This document shows, piece after piece, positions 9,301 through 18,447 of a stretch of DNA of 64,000 bases. Position numbers and translations under genes: made by a program. Origin of the DNA: Spirochaetales bacterium (GTDB taxonomy: Bacteria > Spirochaetota > Spirochaetia > JABEVK01); contig CANJXC010000003.1 of assembly GCA_947478845.1 (NCBI GenBank), positions 177,659-241,658 of the forward strand, given 5' to 3'. Numbering within the stretch: position 1 is the first letter of the stretch; every line of letters starts with the position of its first letter. The notes beneath the pieces are model-generated. The model was not told the origin of the DNA. It did no database searches and saw only the letters and a list, made by a program, of their open reading frames with translations.

Positions 9301-10728
9301 TTGAATGTTGTGAAGAAAGAGCCGCCAAGCGTCCACTACTATGATCAGGACTTTGTTGATATCTATGATAAGAGCTGGGCTTGGATTCGGGATTCCTGGG
9401 TAAAGGGCGGCCCCGAAAGTGATTTCCAGAAGCCCTTCTTTCATCATACCTCCAGCCCGACCATCCACCTTTTTGATTCGTGCATGGCGAGTTTTTTTCT
9501 CGTTTACAGCAATGGCATCTACTCCCCGCTTACCCTGCTGGACAACTTTTATCAGAAGCAGGAAGCCAGCGGCGCTATCCGAGGCGAGTACAGCGTAGAA
9601 ACCGGCCTTCCGGTGCTCCATCCCGACAACCCTGAGGGTGTCCATCCGCCGCTTTTTGCCTGGGCCGAATACAACATTTACCACAAGCTAGGTGCCAAGC
9701 GGCGCATCAAGGAAGTCGTCCCGGCTCTGGAAAAGCATTTCTTGTGGCTGGAAGAGAACTTCAAGCAGGAAAATGGCCTCTATGCTGTGCCGGCAGCCGC
9801 CACCATCATGAGCAATAGTCCCCGCCAGAGAGCTGTCTACCACGTCGACTTCAACGCACAGCAGGCTATGAACGCCCTCTACATTTCGGCCTTGGGTGAC
9901 ATCCTCAACGACAAGGACATGGCTTTCCGCTATAAGCGCGCTTACTATTCGCTAAAAACCCGTATCAACACCCAGATGTGGGATGAGCAACAGGACTTCT
10001 ACTTCGATCTCGACATTGACGGCAATAGGTTGCCTCAGCGAACAATTGCGGCTTTCTGGACGCTGCTCGCCGAGATTCCCCATGAAGACCGTGCTGCCAA
10101 GCTCATCGAAACCCTCAAGGACGAGAAACATTTTGGTACGCCCAATCCGTTTCCCACGTTATCGGCGAGCGATCCGGACTTCGACCGAACCGGAAACGGT
10201 TACAACGGTTCGGTGTTTCCGGCCCTTACTTTCATGGTGATCAAAGGCTTGGAAAAGTACGGCCAATATGAACTCGCCCGCGAAGCTGCCATTAAACACA
10301 TTTACTACATTCTGGACACCTTGCACCCGGATGCCAAGGAAAAAGGATCGTTGTGGGAGGCCTACCTGCCCACCCAAGACGGTGCGGCTCTGTGGGCCGG
10401 ACGAGAGGACTTTAACCGGCAAAACTACCTGCACCAAGCGGGCTTGAGTTCCATTGCTTTGATGATTGAAAACGTGGTTGGCCTGTACATCAGCCTGCCG
10501 CGAAAAACCGTCGATTGGATTGTTCCCATCCTTGAACTCATGGGTATCGAAAACCTTTCGCTGAAACGGAACTACATCACCATTTTGAGTAGCAAGTCGG
10601 GACGTGGCTGGGAAATCCGCCTCGAGTCGGAGAAACTCTACTACTTCACCATCAATATTCTGGGTAAGAAGAAGAAGACCCTGCCCATCCCCTCGGGCAA
10701 GTGCTCGATGCTCCTCGAAAAACTGTAG
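9301..10728 (+). CDS. Putative (alpha/alpha)6-barrel glycoside hydrolase (GH63/trehalase/MGH1-like)
   Basis: 475 aa; PPLFAWAEY and downstream acidic residues resemble GH63-like catalytic regions; TTG at 9301 or GTG at 9310 as start. Confidence 0.45.
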   Translation: MNVVKKEPPSVHYYDQDFVDIYDKSWAWIRDSWVKGGPESDFQKPFFHHTSSPTIHLFDSCMASFFLVYSNGIYSPLTLLDNFYQKQEASGAIRGEYSVETGLPVLHPDNPEGVHPPLFAWAEYNIYHKLGAKRRIKEVVPALEKHFLWLEENFKQENGLYAVPAAATIMSNSPRQRAVYHVDFNAQQAMNALYISALGDILNDKDMAFRYKRAYYSLKTRINTQMWDEQQDFYFDLDIDGNRLPQRTIAAFWTLLAEIPHEDRAAKLIETLKDEKHFGTPNPFPTLSASDPDFDRTGNGYNGSVFPALTFMVIKGLEKYGQYELAREAAIKHIYYILDTLHPDAKEKGSLWEAYLPTQDGAALWAGREDFNRQNYLHQAGLSSIALMIENVVGLYISLPRKTVDWIVPILELMGIENLSLKRNYITILSSKSGRGWEIRLESEKLYYFTINILGKKKKTLPIPSGKCSMLLEKL

Positions 10729-10744
10729 GACGGTCCTCCCGAAG

Positions 10745-11590
10745 CTAACGCAGGATGAAGGTTCGTCCGCCGTAGACAAACACATTGCGGTCGAGGAACA
10801 GCTTCAGTGCTTCAAAAAGTACCCGCCTCTCAACGTCTTTCCCTAACTGCACAAACCGCTCGATGGAGCAGGTGTCGGACACGCGTATGGTGTCCTGACT
10901 GATAATGGGCCCCTGATCGAGATTTTCGTTCGCAAAATGGGCCGTGGCCCCAATGATCTTCACCCCTCGGTGCCAGGCTTGGTGGTAGGGCTTGGCCCCC
11001 ATGAACGCGGGAAGGAAGCCATGGTGGATATTGATCACTTGGTAAGCCCAGCGCCGTGTGAACTCGGGACTCAGGATCTGCATGTAGCGAGCCATGACCA
11101 CCGTGTCGACTTGGTAGTCTTCCAGAATGGTCTGTATATCAGCTTCGTAGGCGACCTTCCCCTTCCCTGTATCGACTTGGAAGAAAGGCACATGAAATTG
11201 CGTGGCTACCCCTGCCAAATCAGAGTGGTTGCTAATGATGACGGGAAACTCGCAAGCCAATTCACCGTCTTCGTGCTTGAGGAGAAGCTCGTAGAGGCAG
11301 TGGCTGGTTTTGCTCGCAAGGATAGCCACGCGGGGTCGCAGGGCCTTGTCGAAGAGCTTCCATTCCATTTTGAACTTCCCGGCCACTTCGGAAAAGGCTT
11401 TTTCGAAATCGGAGCGCACAAAGTCATCTGCCACCGAGAAGTCGGCCTTCAGCATAAAAACATTCACGTCCACTGCTGTATGCTGGCTCAAGTTGAGGAT
11501 GTTTCCCTCGCCAGAGGCAATGCAATGGGTCACCGCAGCAATGATGCCTTTCTGGTCTGCGCAAGTGACGGAGAGAGTATATTCGGACAT
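10745..11590 (-). CDS. purU: Formyltetrahydrofolate deformylase
   Basis: N-terminal ACT domain plus formyltransferase core (HHGFLPAF, IIGATAHF). Confidence 0.85.
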   Translation of the reverse strand: MSEYTLSVTCADQKGIIAAVTHCIASGEGNILNLSQHTAVDVNVFMLKADFSVADDFVRSDFEKAFSEVAGKFKMEWKLFDKALRPRVAILASKTSHCLYELLLKHEDGELACEFPVIISNHSDLAGVATQFHVPFFQVDTGKGKVAYEADIQTILEDYQVDTVVMARYMQILSPEFTRRWAYQVINIHHGFLPAFMGAKPYHQAWHRGVKIIGATAHFANENLDQGPIISQDTIRVSDTCSIERFVQLGKDVERRVLFEALKLFLDRNVFVYGGRTFILR

Positions 11591-11602
11591 TTTTGGATGG
11601 TA

Positions 11603-11995
11603 TCAGAGCTTGAACGGGTAGGGCAACAGGTCGCCGAGGGTCACCGAGTTCTTTATGCCATCAGGGTTTGCCAGGTGGATAACGAGCTCAGGGCCACAAA
11701 ACTCACTGAGCACACCGCGGCACATCGCGCAGGGCATCGCGGGCGGGTCGGTAGCGGTTACCACGACAAGAAACTCAAAATCAACCTTTCCGAATTGGGA
11801 AATCGCCGCCACCACGGCCGACCGTTCGGCACAAATTGTACCTCCATAACTGGCGTTCTCGACATTGCACCCGGGCACCAAGGCGTCGTGACCCTTGACT
11901 TTCAGCGCAGCTCCCACCGCAAACTTCGAATAAGGGGACCAAGAGTTTTCTCTGGCCCTAGTACCAACAAGTACGGCCCGCTCCAGCTCCGTCAT
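11603..11995 (-). CDS. cdd: Cytidine deaminase
   Basis: CAER zinc-binding motif and PCxxC (PCAMCRGVL); about 130 aa; true start is an internal ATG of the longer listed ORF and overlaps the upstream gene stop by ATGA. Confidence 0.85.
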   Translation of the reverse strand: MTELERAVLVGTRARENSWSPYSKFAVGAALKVKGHDALVPGCNVENASYGGTICAERSAVVAAISQFGKVDFEFLVVVTATDPPAMPCAMCRGVLSEFCGPELVIHLANPDGIKNSVTLGDLLPYPFKL

Positions 11996-12711
11996 GGGGA
12001 CTCCTTGAACACAAAAAGATGCTTCTTGAAAACGTAGACGAAAAAGTAGCTGGCAGCTAGAAAAATGGCGAAACCAATGGAAAACAGCCAGGCATCGATA
12101 GCCGTCAGGTTTTGCATGAGGCTCTGCCAGGTCTCTTCGGTGTTGGTGAACAAGTGCCAACTGCTCCACCGGACAAACCGACCGATGAACACACCGTAGC
12201 CTGCGGCCAAGCACGAGGCCGCTACCAGGATGCCACCCCAGAGACCCCCCACCTCCTTGCGCCAAAGGTGATGCATCACGTAAAGCGAAGCCAACCCCAG
12301 AAAGTGCCCCACAAAGGCGAACAGGGAGCGTGTGATGATGTCGTACCAAACGAGCATATTGGCCAGACTCCTGTCGTTCGGACTCACATCTTCGGGTAGT
12401 CCGCGCTGAATCAGGTGGATGAAGTCGGTGAATATATAGGAAGAGTTTGGAAAGAACACCAGCCAGACGACACTCAGGAGCCACATCAGAAGCCTCCCGA
12501 CAAGTTTCCACTCGCGTCGGAAGACGAACAGGGCCACCAGAGAAACAGCCAGGGGCACTACGCCCAGAAACAGGTTCCTAGCAAGAAAAGTTTGAGATAA
12601 ACGCCCGGTGAAAAGGAAGCGTATTCCCAGCATGGCAAAACAACCGGCCAAGGCCATAACAAACAAGAGCAGAGTCTTGATCGGACTGTTCAGACGCATC
12701 GACCGACTCAT
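11992..12711 (-). CDS. Polytopic membrane protein (DUF1361-like?)
   Basis: About 239 aa with 5-6 hydrophobic helices; start MSRSMRLNS chosen; stop overlaps the cdd start (ATGA). Confidence 0.55.
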   Translation of the reverse strand: MSRSMRLNSPIKTLLLFVMALAGCFAMLGIRFLFTGRLSQTFLARNLFLGVVPLAVSLVALFVFRREWKLVGRLLMWLLSVVWLVFFPNSSYIFTDFIHLIQRGLPEDVSPNDRSLANMLVWYDIITRSLFAFVGHFLGLASLYVMHHLWRKEVGGLWGGILVAASCLAAGYGVFIGRFVRWSSWHLFTNTEETWQSLMQNLTAIDAWLFSIGFAIFLAASYFFVYVFKKHLFVFKESP

Positions 12712-12792
12712 CTCAGCGTCCCCTCCGCAAACTTTGATTCTTAGGCTATTGTACCGGGGTGGCGATTTCTTTGTCAAACCGGGAGATAAACT

Positions 12793-14562
12793 GTGCTTTC
12801 GAGTGAACTGCTCACCCAGGTGAAGCACCTCAGGTCTCAACTCGCTCTGGGATCGGCACTTTTCGGCAGCCACACCCGCCCCCTGACGGGCCCCGAAGTG
12901 GCATCGCTGGAGGCCGAGGGCAACCGTTGCCGAGACTGGTCGCAGGTGAAGGTCGGACCTGGCTTTCAAATAGGTCAGATCAGGTCCAACCGTTTTTCAG
13001 GCCGGGTTGTGCTGGGGGATTTTGCCCAAGCCGGTGGCGTGTTTGACTCCGGCCTGGAGGACGTCGAAGTTGGCACGGGCGCATTGGTAGACCATTGCCT
13101 GCAGATCCGGCGCACTCTGGTGGAAGCCGGTGCTGACGTCAAAGGCTCCTGGCTTGATTGCTCGCAGCCCACCTCGTACGGGCTGGGAACTGAAATCAAT
13201 GCCGGACTGGAAACCCCAGGCCGTGAAATCCGGCTTTGGGACGAAATGAACCTCGTCAGCGCACAGGCCTATCTCGAGGACCTAGACCTGCGGCGCGAGG
13301 TGGAGGAATTGGCCGCAGAAGTGAGTTTTGGGTACAGCGTGGTCTGTGCCGGGGTGAGGGTGATCCATTGCCCGAGGCTAGACCGGGTGTGGCTCGGGCC
13401 GGGTACCTTGGTACAGGGGGCTCTCAAACTTGAGAACTGCGCCTCTGTGGGAAATCTTGAGGAGCCGGTGACGTTGGGAACAGGCATACAGGTGATGGAC
13501 GCCCTTTTTCAGGCTGGGGTGCAGATCGAGTCGGGGGCGCAGGTGTCTAGTTCGGTCTTCCTTGAGTGGTCGGGTGCCCAGCGCCAAGCCTTGGTCACAC
13601 TGAGCCTCATTGGACCCAACACGGTAGTCGGGGGTGGTGAGGTGACCGCAAGCTTCCTCGGGCCTTTTGTCGGGTTTCATCACCAGAGCCTGCTCATCGC
13701 CGCCTGGTGGCCTGAGGGTAGGGGCAACATTGGTTACGGAGCCAATATCGGTTCCAATCACACTTCCCGTTCTCCCGACCAAGAGATCCGTCCGGGCGAA
13801 GGGACATTTTTCGGGCTGGCAACAGCAGTGAAGTTTCCGGCGAACTATCAGGATTCGCCCTACAGCATTCTGGCTTCGGGCGTGGTAACTCTCCCGCAAA
13901 AACTTTCCCTTCCTTTCTCGTTGATTTTGGATGAACCCCTCGATTCACCCGAAACCCGTGGGCTCAACCGCGTAATTCCCGGTTGGGTACTCAAGGAAAA
14001 TGTCTACCTCCTTTTGCGCAATGAGATGAAGTTTGTCAGTCGTTCCAAGGCTAGGCGCCACGAGTTTGATTTCCGGATCTTCCGACCCGAGATTGTGGAG
14101 AAGCTGTGGAGGAGCCGAGTAGAACTGGTGAACATCCCCGAGCGTCCGGTCCATACCAAACACAATTTCCCGCCGGTGGGGAAAAACTACCTGCTGGAAA
14201 TCGACCGTTTGGAAGCCATACGGGTTTACCTTGATTTTCTCAAGTACGGCACGCTCAAGCTGTTTGCCGAGCAAGTTCTCGACCAGGTGGCCTGCCCGGA
14301 AGAGTGGCTTCAGGGCATGTTCCGCCGCCTCAATTTTGACTACTTCTCAACCAGCGAGAATCTGGCCCACTACCTTGAACTCGAGCAGAAACTCCACGAT
14401 TCGAGCGTCCGCGCCAAGACCAAGGACAACCTCCGCGGCGCAGAAATTATTCCCGATTATGCCCAATTCCATGTACCAGCAGAAGAAGATGCTTTCCTCG
14501 TTACCAAGCGCCTTCAAATTGACGCCTTGCACCGCAAGGTCGAGGCCTTCGAGGCAAAGTAG
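12793..14562 (+). CDS. Hypothetical protein with left-handed beta-helix-like (hexapeptide-like) repeats; possibly DUF4954-like
   Basis: 589 aa; repeated G/V/I-spaced segments (GPGFQIGQIRSNRFSGRVVLGDFAQAGGVFDSG; IGPNTVVGGGEVTASFLGPFVG; NIGYGANIGSN); helical C-terminal third. Confidence 0.5.
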   Translation: MLSSELLTQVKHLRSQLALGSALFGSHTRPLTGPEVASLEAEGNRCRDWSQVKVGPGFQIGQIRSNRFSGRVVLGDFAQAGGVFDSGLEDVEVGTGALVDHCLQIRRTLVEAGADVKGSWLDCSQPTSYGLGTEINAGLETPGREIRLWDEMNLVSAQAYLEDLDLRREVEELAAEVSFGYSVVCAGVRVIHCPRLDRVWLGPGTLVQGALKLENCASVGNLEEPVTLGTGIQVMDALFQAGVQIESGAQVSSSVFLEWSGAQRQALVTLSLIGPNTVVGGGEVTASFLGPFVGFHHQSLLIAAWWPEGRGNIGYGANIGSNHTSRSPDQEIRPGEGTFFGLATAVKFPANYQDSPYSILASGVVTLPQKLSLPFSLILDEPLDSPETRGLNRVIPGWVLKENVYLLLRNEMKFVSRSKARRHEFDFRIFRPEIVEKLWRSRVELVNIPERPVHTKHNFPPVGKNYLLEIDRLEAIRVYLDFLKYGTLKLFAEQVLDQVACPEEWLQGMFRRLNFDYFSTSENLAHYLELEQKLHDSSVRAKTKDNLRGAEIIPDYAQFHVPAEEDAFLVTKRLQIDALHRKVEAFEAK

Positions 14563-14576
14563 GCTTGTCCGACGCC

Positions 14577-14590
14577 TTGTGGATAACTTG
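14577..14590. repeat. 14-bp direct repeat TTGTGGATAACTTG, copy 1, containing a perfect DnaA box (TTATCCACA on the minus strand)
   Basis: Exact 14-mer present twice, 233 bp apart, in the fba upstream intergenic region. Confidence 0.8.
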
Positions 14591-14809
14591 TGGAAAAAAT
14601 CCTTGGTGTGCAACATTGCTCAGAATTCTCCACGCTAAACCCTTCGATTTGGTCGACTTCCCGCACAAAGCTGTCGATTTCTCACGAACTTCTCACCATT
14701 GCTAACGGGCAAAATGGTTTTTGTGACTGATTTGCCGATTTAACGTCCACGATTTGCCGAGTTTGTCTGTTTCGTTTCCTGTTTCCTAGTTTCCATCGCA
14801 GAGGGGAAA

Positions 14810-14823
14810 TTGTGGATAACTTG
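14810..14823. repeat. 14-bp direct repeat TTGTGGATAACTTG, copy 2, containing a perfect DnaA box
   Basis: Exact match to copy 1; about 100 nt upstream of the fba start. Confidence 0.8.
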
Positions 14824-14921
14824 GGGAGAACTTGAAACTCCCGCTTGCTTACCGACCTTGACTCAGCTTCACCGATGCGGTTGAATGTCAACAAGATTTC
14901 GCGCAGAAACAAGGAGAACCT

Positions 14922-15917
14922 ATGGCTACTTCCTACAAGGAATTGGGTCTGGTGAACACAAAAGAATTGTTTGCCAAGGCCGTCAAGGGTGGCTACGCCA
15001 TCCCTGCCTACAACTTCAACAATATGGAGCAGTTGCAAGCCATCATTCAGGCATGTGTTGAGACCAAGTCGCCGGTTATCTTGCAGGTGTCGGCCGGAGC
15101 CAGAAAGTACGCCAACGCCACCCTGCTGCGTTACATGGCCCAAGGTGCGGTCGCCTATGCCAAGGAACTCGGCTACGCAATTCCGATCGTTTTGCACCTC
15201 GATCACGGCGATAGCCTCGAACTCGTGAAGAGTTGCGTCGAAAGTGGCTTCTCCTCCGTCATGATCGATGGCTCCCACCTGCCCTACGAAGAAAACATCA
15301 AGCTGACCAAGACTATTGTGGAGTACGCTCATTCCCACGACGTTACGGTTGAGGGAGAACTCGGGGTTCTTGCTGGAATCGAGGACGATGTGGTGGCCGA
15401 GCACTCAAGTTACACCAAGCCCGAAGAGGTCATCGACTTTGTGAAGCGCACGGGCGTGGACTCGCTGGCCATCTCCATCGGTACCAGCCATGGCGCGGTG
15501 AAGTTCAAGCGCGAGCAGTGCACCCTCAGCCCCGACGGTGTGCTGATTCCCCCCACCCTTCGTTTCGATATCCTCGAGGAAATTGAGAAAAAGCTTCCTG
15601 GCTTTCCCATTGTGCTCCACGGGTCGAGTTCGGTTCCCATGGACCACGTACGGGTTCTCGAAAAGTTCGGAGGCAAGTTGAAGGACCCTGTGGGTATTCC
15701 CGAGGAGCAACTTCGCAAGGCCGCCAAAAGTGCCGTGTGCAAGATCAACATCGATTCCGATGGTCGAATTGCCATGACCGCCGCGATCCGCAAGGTGTTC
15801 GCCGAAAACCCCAGCGAGTTCGACCCTCGCAAGTACCTTGGGCCGGCCCGCGACTCGCTTAAAGGACTGTATGCGCACAAGAATCAGAACGTACTCGGGT
15901 CCGCCGGGCACGCGTAA
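14922..15917 (+). CDS. fba: Fructose-bisphosphate aldolase, class II
   Basis: 331 aa; class II FBA motifs (AIPAYNFNNMEQ, LHLDHG, SIGTSHGA). Confidence 0.92.
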   Translation: MATSYKELGLVNTKELFAKAVKGGYAIPAYNFNNMEQLQAIIQACVETKSPVILQVSAGARKYANATLLRYMAQGAVAYAKELGYAIPIVLHLDHGDSLELVKSCVESGFSSVMIDGSHLPYEENIKLTKTIVEYAHSHDVTVEGELGVLAGIEDDVVAEHSSYTKPEEVIDFVKRTGVDSLAISIGTSHGAVKFKREQCTLSPDGVLIPPTLRFDILEEIEKKLPGFPIVLHGSSSVPMDHVRVLEKFGGKLKDPVGIPEEQLRKAAKSAVCKINIDSDGRIAMTAAIRKVFAENPSEFDPRKYLGPARDSLKGLYAHKNQNVLGSAGHA

Positions 15918-15950
15918 GTCGGGCCGATTTTTTGTTCGGATTGATAGAGG

Positions 15951-15977
15951 ACCAGCCCAAGGGCTGGTTCTTTTTTG
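15951..15977. terminator. Rho-independent terminator (possibly bidirectional) between fba and the convergent EamA gene
   Basis: Perfect 8-bp stem ACCAGCCC/GGGCTGGT with a 2-nt loop, followed by TTCTTTTTT. Confidence 0.6.
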
Positions 15978-15982
15978 CCGTG

Positions 15983-16873
15983 CTAGGTTTTCTGAAGTGT
16001 TTCTTTGAGGCCCACGGCGAGAACTGACCCCAAAACGAGAGCGCCACCGAGCCACTGCCAGAGGCCCAGAACTTCCCCGAGGAAAAAATAGGCCGCCGCG
16101 GCCGTTACAACGGGAATCAGGTTCACTGCCAGCGAAGCTGTGGAGCGTCCTAGTTTGTCGAGGGCGTAGTTGTACAGCAGGTAACTCGCCGCCGAGCAAA
16201 ACAACCCTTGGAAAGCAAGGTGCGACCACCCTGCCACCGAAGGCCAGCGCCAGTCGGGAAGCTCAGACAGTGCGAAGGGTACCAGGCTCAGGGCGCCGAT
16301 GACCATTTGCCAAAGCGTCACTTGTAGGTTGGAATGCCCGGTCTGCAGGGGTTTCATAGCGAAAAGATAGAACACCCAGGCCACGGCAGCGCCGAGCATC
16401 AGCACGTAGCCCCACACGCTTCCGACGTTCTCTGCCTCCGGAACTCCTACGAGCAGTGCTACCCCCACCAGCGACACCAACGACGCGACGATGCCGAGGA
16501 GCCCGAGTTTTTTGCCGTCGACAAACCGCTCGGCGAGAAGAGTCAGGATGGGAATGCCCGCGATGATGAGGCTCGCAGCGGTGGCGGGAATGAGCTTAAC
16601 ACCATGGTTCTCGCAAAGAAAGTAGGCCGTGATCCCGGTAAGCACGCTCAGCACCAAGGCACCCTTGTCGCGCGGACTCCATTTAGTGCGCTCCCCAGCT
16701 CCGCGGCGTACCAGATTCACGAGCCCCAGGAAGGCCGAAGCCAAGATAAAGCGCCCTAGTGCCAGCGTCATAGGTGGAAACTCTGTCAACGCCGCCTTGA
16801 TGGAGGGAAACGACAAACCCCAGGCTAACACGGGAAACGCCAACGAGAGCCAAGCGAGAAGCCGGCCTCTCAA
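15983..16873 (-). CDS. EamA/DMT-family transporter
   Basis: Ten hydrophobic helices with two EamA halves; proposed TTG start gives the N-terminus MRGRLLAWLSLAFPVLAWGLSF; the 566-aa listed ORF is an artefactual 5' extension that overlaps ccsA in another frame. Confidence 0.65.
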   Translation of the reverse strand: MRGRLLAWLSLAFPVLAWGLSFPSIKAALTEFPPMTLALGRFILASAFLGLVNLVRRGAGERTKWSPRDKGALVLSVLTGITAYFLCENHGVKLIPATAASLIIAGIPILTLLAERFVDGKKLGLLGIVASLVSLVGVALLVGVPEAENVGSVWGYVLMLGAAVAWVFYLFAMKPLQTGHSNLQVTLWQMVIGALSLVPFALSELPDWRWPSVAGWSHLAFQGLFCSAASYLLYNYALDKLGRSTASLAVNLIPVVTAAAAYFFLGEVLGLWQWLGGALVLGSVLAVGLKETLQKT

Positions 16874-18447
16874 CGCAGCACCCTTCGCACCGCCAGCATC
16901 GCCAGAAAAAGCGCATCCAGTGCCAACAAGCCGAAAAAGAGGGTCGCTTTGCCCGTGGTTGCCCCGTAGGAATGAAAACCCTGGCCCAATAGGTTCACAC
17001 CCATCCAGCTGAACAGCAAGACCGATAAACCCAGGGCGGCCGCGAAGGCCGTACCCCATTCCTGGGCCCAACCGGTAGCCCGGAGGTGGAGCACCAGAGC
17101 CGTCCACAAGATGATCAAAAGGGCACCATTCTCTTTGGGATCCCAGCCCCAGAACCGGCCCCAGCTCTGGTCGGCCCAGACGCCTCCGAGCAGCGTTCCG
17201 ACAAAGGTGAGTGAAAGTCCCCACACCAGCGAGGCGGTGAGAGCCTTCCATAATGGAGTGAGATTTCCCGGGCCACGCCTCGAAGAGTTCCACAGGTAAG
17301 CATGGCCCAGAAGCGCTGAAACGAGAACCGCCGCGTAGCCACCTGAAACCGTCGATACATGCAGGGCCAGCCAGAAGTTGGTGTTCAACACCGCCTGAGG
17401 GGGAACAAAAGGATCCCCCCCGCCCACAAACAGCCCCGAGAAATAGGGGAGAATGGCCCCTGAAATCAGCGCCAGAACCGCCATTCCCCGGCCTGATTCC
17501 CGGTACACCAGCACAGTGGCCACCACCAGACACAGCCATCCCGTAAACAAAAACGTCGAAGGCAGGTTGGTCACCGGGGGCCTGCCGGTGAGCACCATAC
17601 GAATCACCAACCATAGTGTCGAAACAGCCAGGCAGGCAAGGACGAGCGACTGCAGGCCAACATTGCGGGAGGGCGAGGGCCACCAGCGCGTCGTGAAGCC
17701 CGACAACGCCAAGAGACCCAGCAAAAAAACCCAGGGAACTGCGTTGTTCAGCAACTCAAGCTGAACCTGATTGACCAGCCCAAGCTCCCCCTGCGACCTC
17801 TGCGACCACAACGCCATGGTTTGCTCGGCCTCCTTCCATTGGCCCTTCTGACTCTGGTCACGCCAGTAAAGCCACAACCCAAGATCCTGCGTTTGGGCCT
17901 CTGTGCGCCCCGTTTGGGAGGCAAGCTGCAGGGGGGTGAGGCCCGCGCCTCTGGCGAGAAAAACACGGAAACCAGATTGTTCGGGCTCAGCGAGTGCCAA
18001 CCAAGACTCAAGTGCCCGAGCAAACCGCAGGCCCTCTTGGCCCAGTGGAGTGGGGTCGTTCAGGTACCGAAGCCCCAGCGCCGATACCCGATCGGGCACG
18101 AGGAGCGGGGTGAGTTCTTCGAGCGAATACAACCTGCGGTCGGTGAAGTTCAGCCCTTCCGCGCGGAGGATGGCCGCATCGTTGACGAGAAATCGGGGCT
18201 CCACCGGGGAAGATTCAAACCCGGCCAACAGTTCCAGCAACCAGGTTGTGGCCCGGGAGTCGTTTTCACGGCCGGTGATGCGGAACGACAGAAGGCGCGC
18301 CCAGCTCTCGAGGGGCATCACACGACCTTCGGCCAACACAGGAAGACCGCGCCCCGCCATACTCCAGGATTCAGGCGGGCTGCTCGGGAGCCCCAGTGCA
18401 GACAGGGGTGCGGTCAAAAGGAGCAGAACTAAGGCGAGGATATTCAT
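16870..18447 (-). CDS. ccsA: Cytochrome c biogenesis protein CcsA/ResC (system II) with an approximately 240-aa N-terminal soluble extension
   Basis: Trp-rich WWD motif WGWDPKENGALLIILWTALVLH; signal-like N-terminus MNILALVLLLLTAPLSALG; ATG overlaps the upstream gene stop (ATGA). Confidence 0.8.
   Translation of the reverse strand: MNILALVLLLLTAPLSALGLPSSPPESWSMAGRGLPVLAEGRVMPLESWARLLSFRITGRENDSRATTWLLELLAGFESSPVEPRFLVNDAAILRAEGLNFTDRRLYSLEELTPLLVPDRVSALGLRYLNDPTPLGQEGLRFARALESWLALAEPEQSGFRVFLARGAGLTPLQLASQTGRTEAQTQDLGLWLYWRDQSQKGQWKEAEQTMALWSQRSQGELGLVNQVQLELLNNAVPWVFLLGLLALSGFTTRWWPSPSRNVGLQSLVLACLAVSTLWLVIRMVLTGRPPVTNLPSTFLFTGWLCLVVATVLVYRESGRGMAVLALISGAILPYFSGLFVGGGDPFVPPQAVLNTNFWLALHVSTVSGGYAAVLVSALLGHAYLWNSSRRGPGNLTPLWKALTASLVWGLSLTFVGTLLGGVWADQSWGRFWGWDPKENGALLIILWTALVLHLRATGWAQEWGTAFAAALGLSVLLFSWMGVNLLGQGFHSYGATTGKATLFFGLLALDALFLAMLAVRRVLR

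Noticed and set aside
10937-12037. 366-aa plus-strand ORF spanning purU and cdd
   Set aside because: Antisense to two well-supported genes; no motifs
14563-14921. Possibility that the DnaA-box region is the chromosomal origin (oriC)
   Set aside because: Only two strong boxes, no adjacent dnaA/dnaN/gidA/parAB genes, and flanking genes are co-directional rather than divergent; kept as a regulatory-region finding instead
14682-16229. Two long minus-strand ORFs (14682..15404, 15405..16229) antisense to fba
   Set aside because: They overlap a well-supported class II aldolase gene across its entire length and have no recognisable motifs; they are typical high-GC antisense artefacts
15983-17683. 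566-aa ORF extending the EamA transporter upstream to 17683
   Set aside because: The upstream 270 codons run through ccsA in another frame and are low-complexity Gly/Pro/Arg-rich; the EamA homology starts exactly at a TTG adjacent to the ccsA stop
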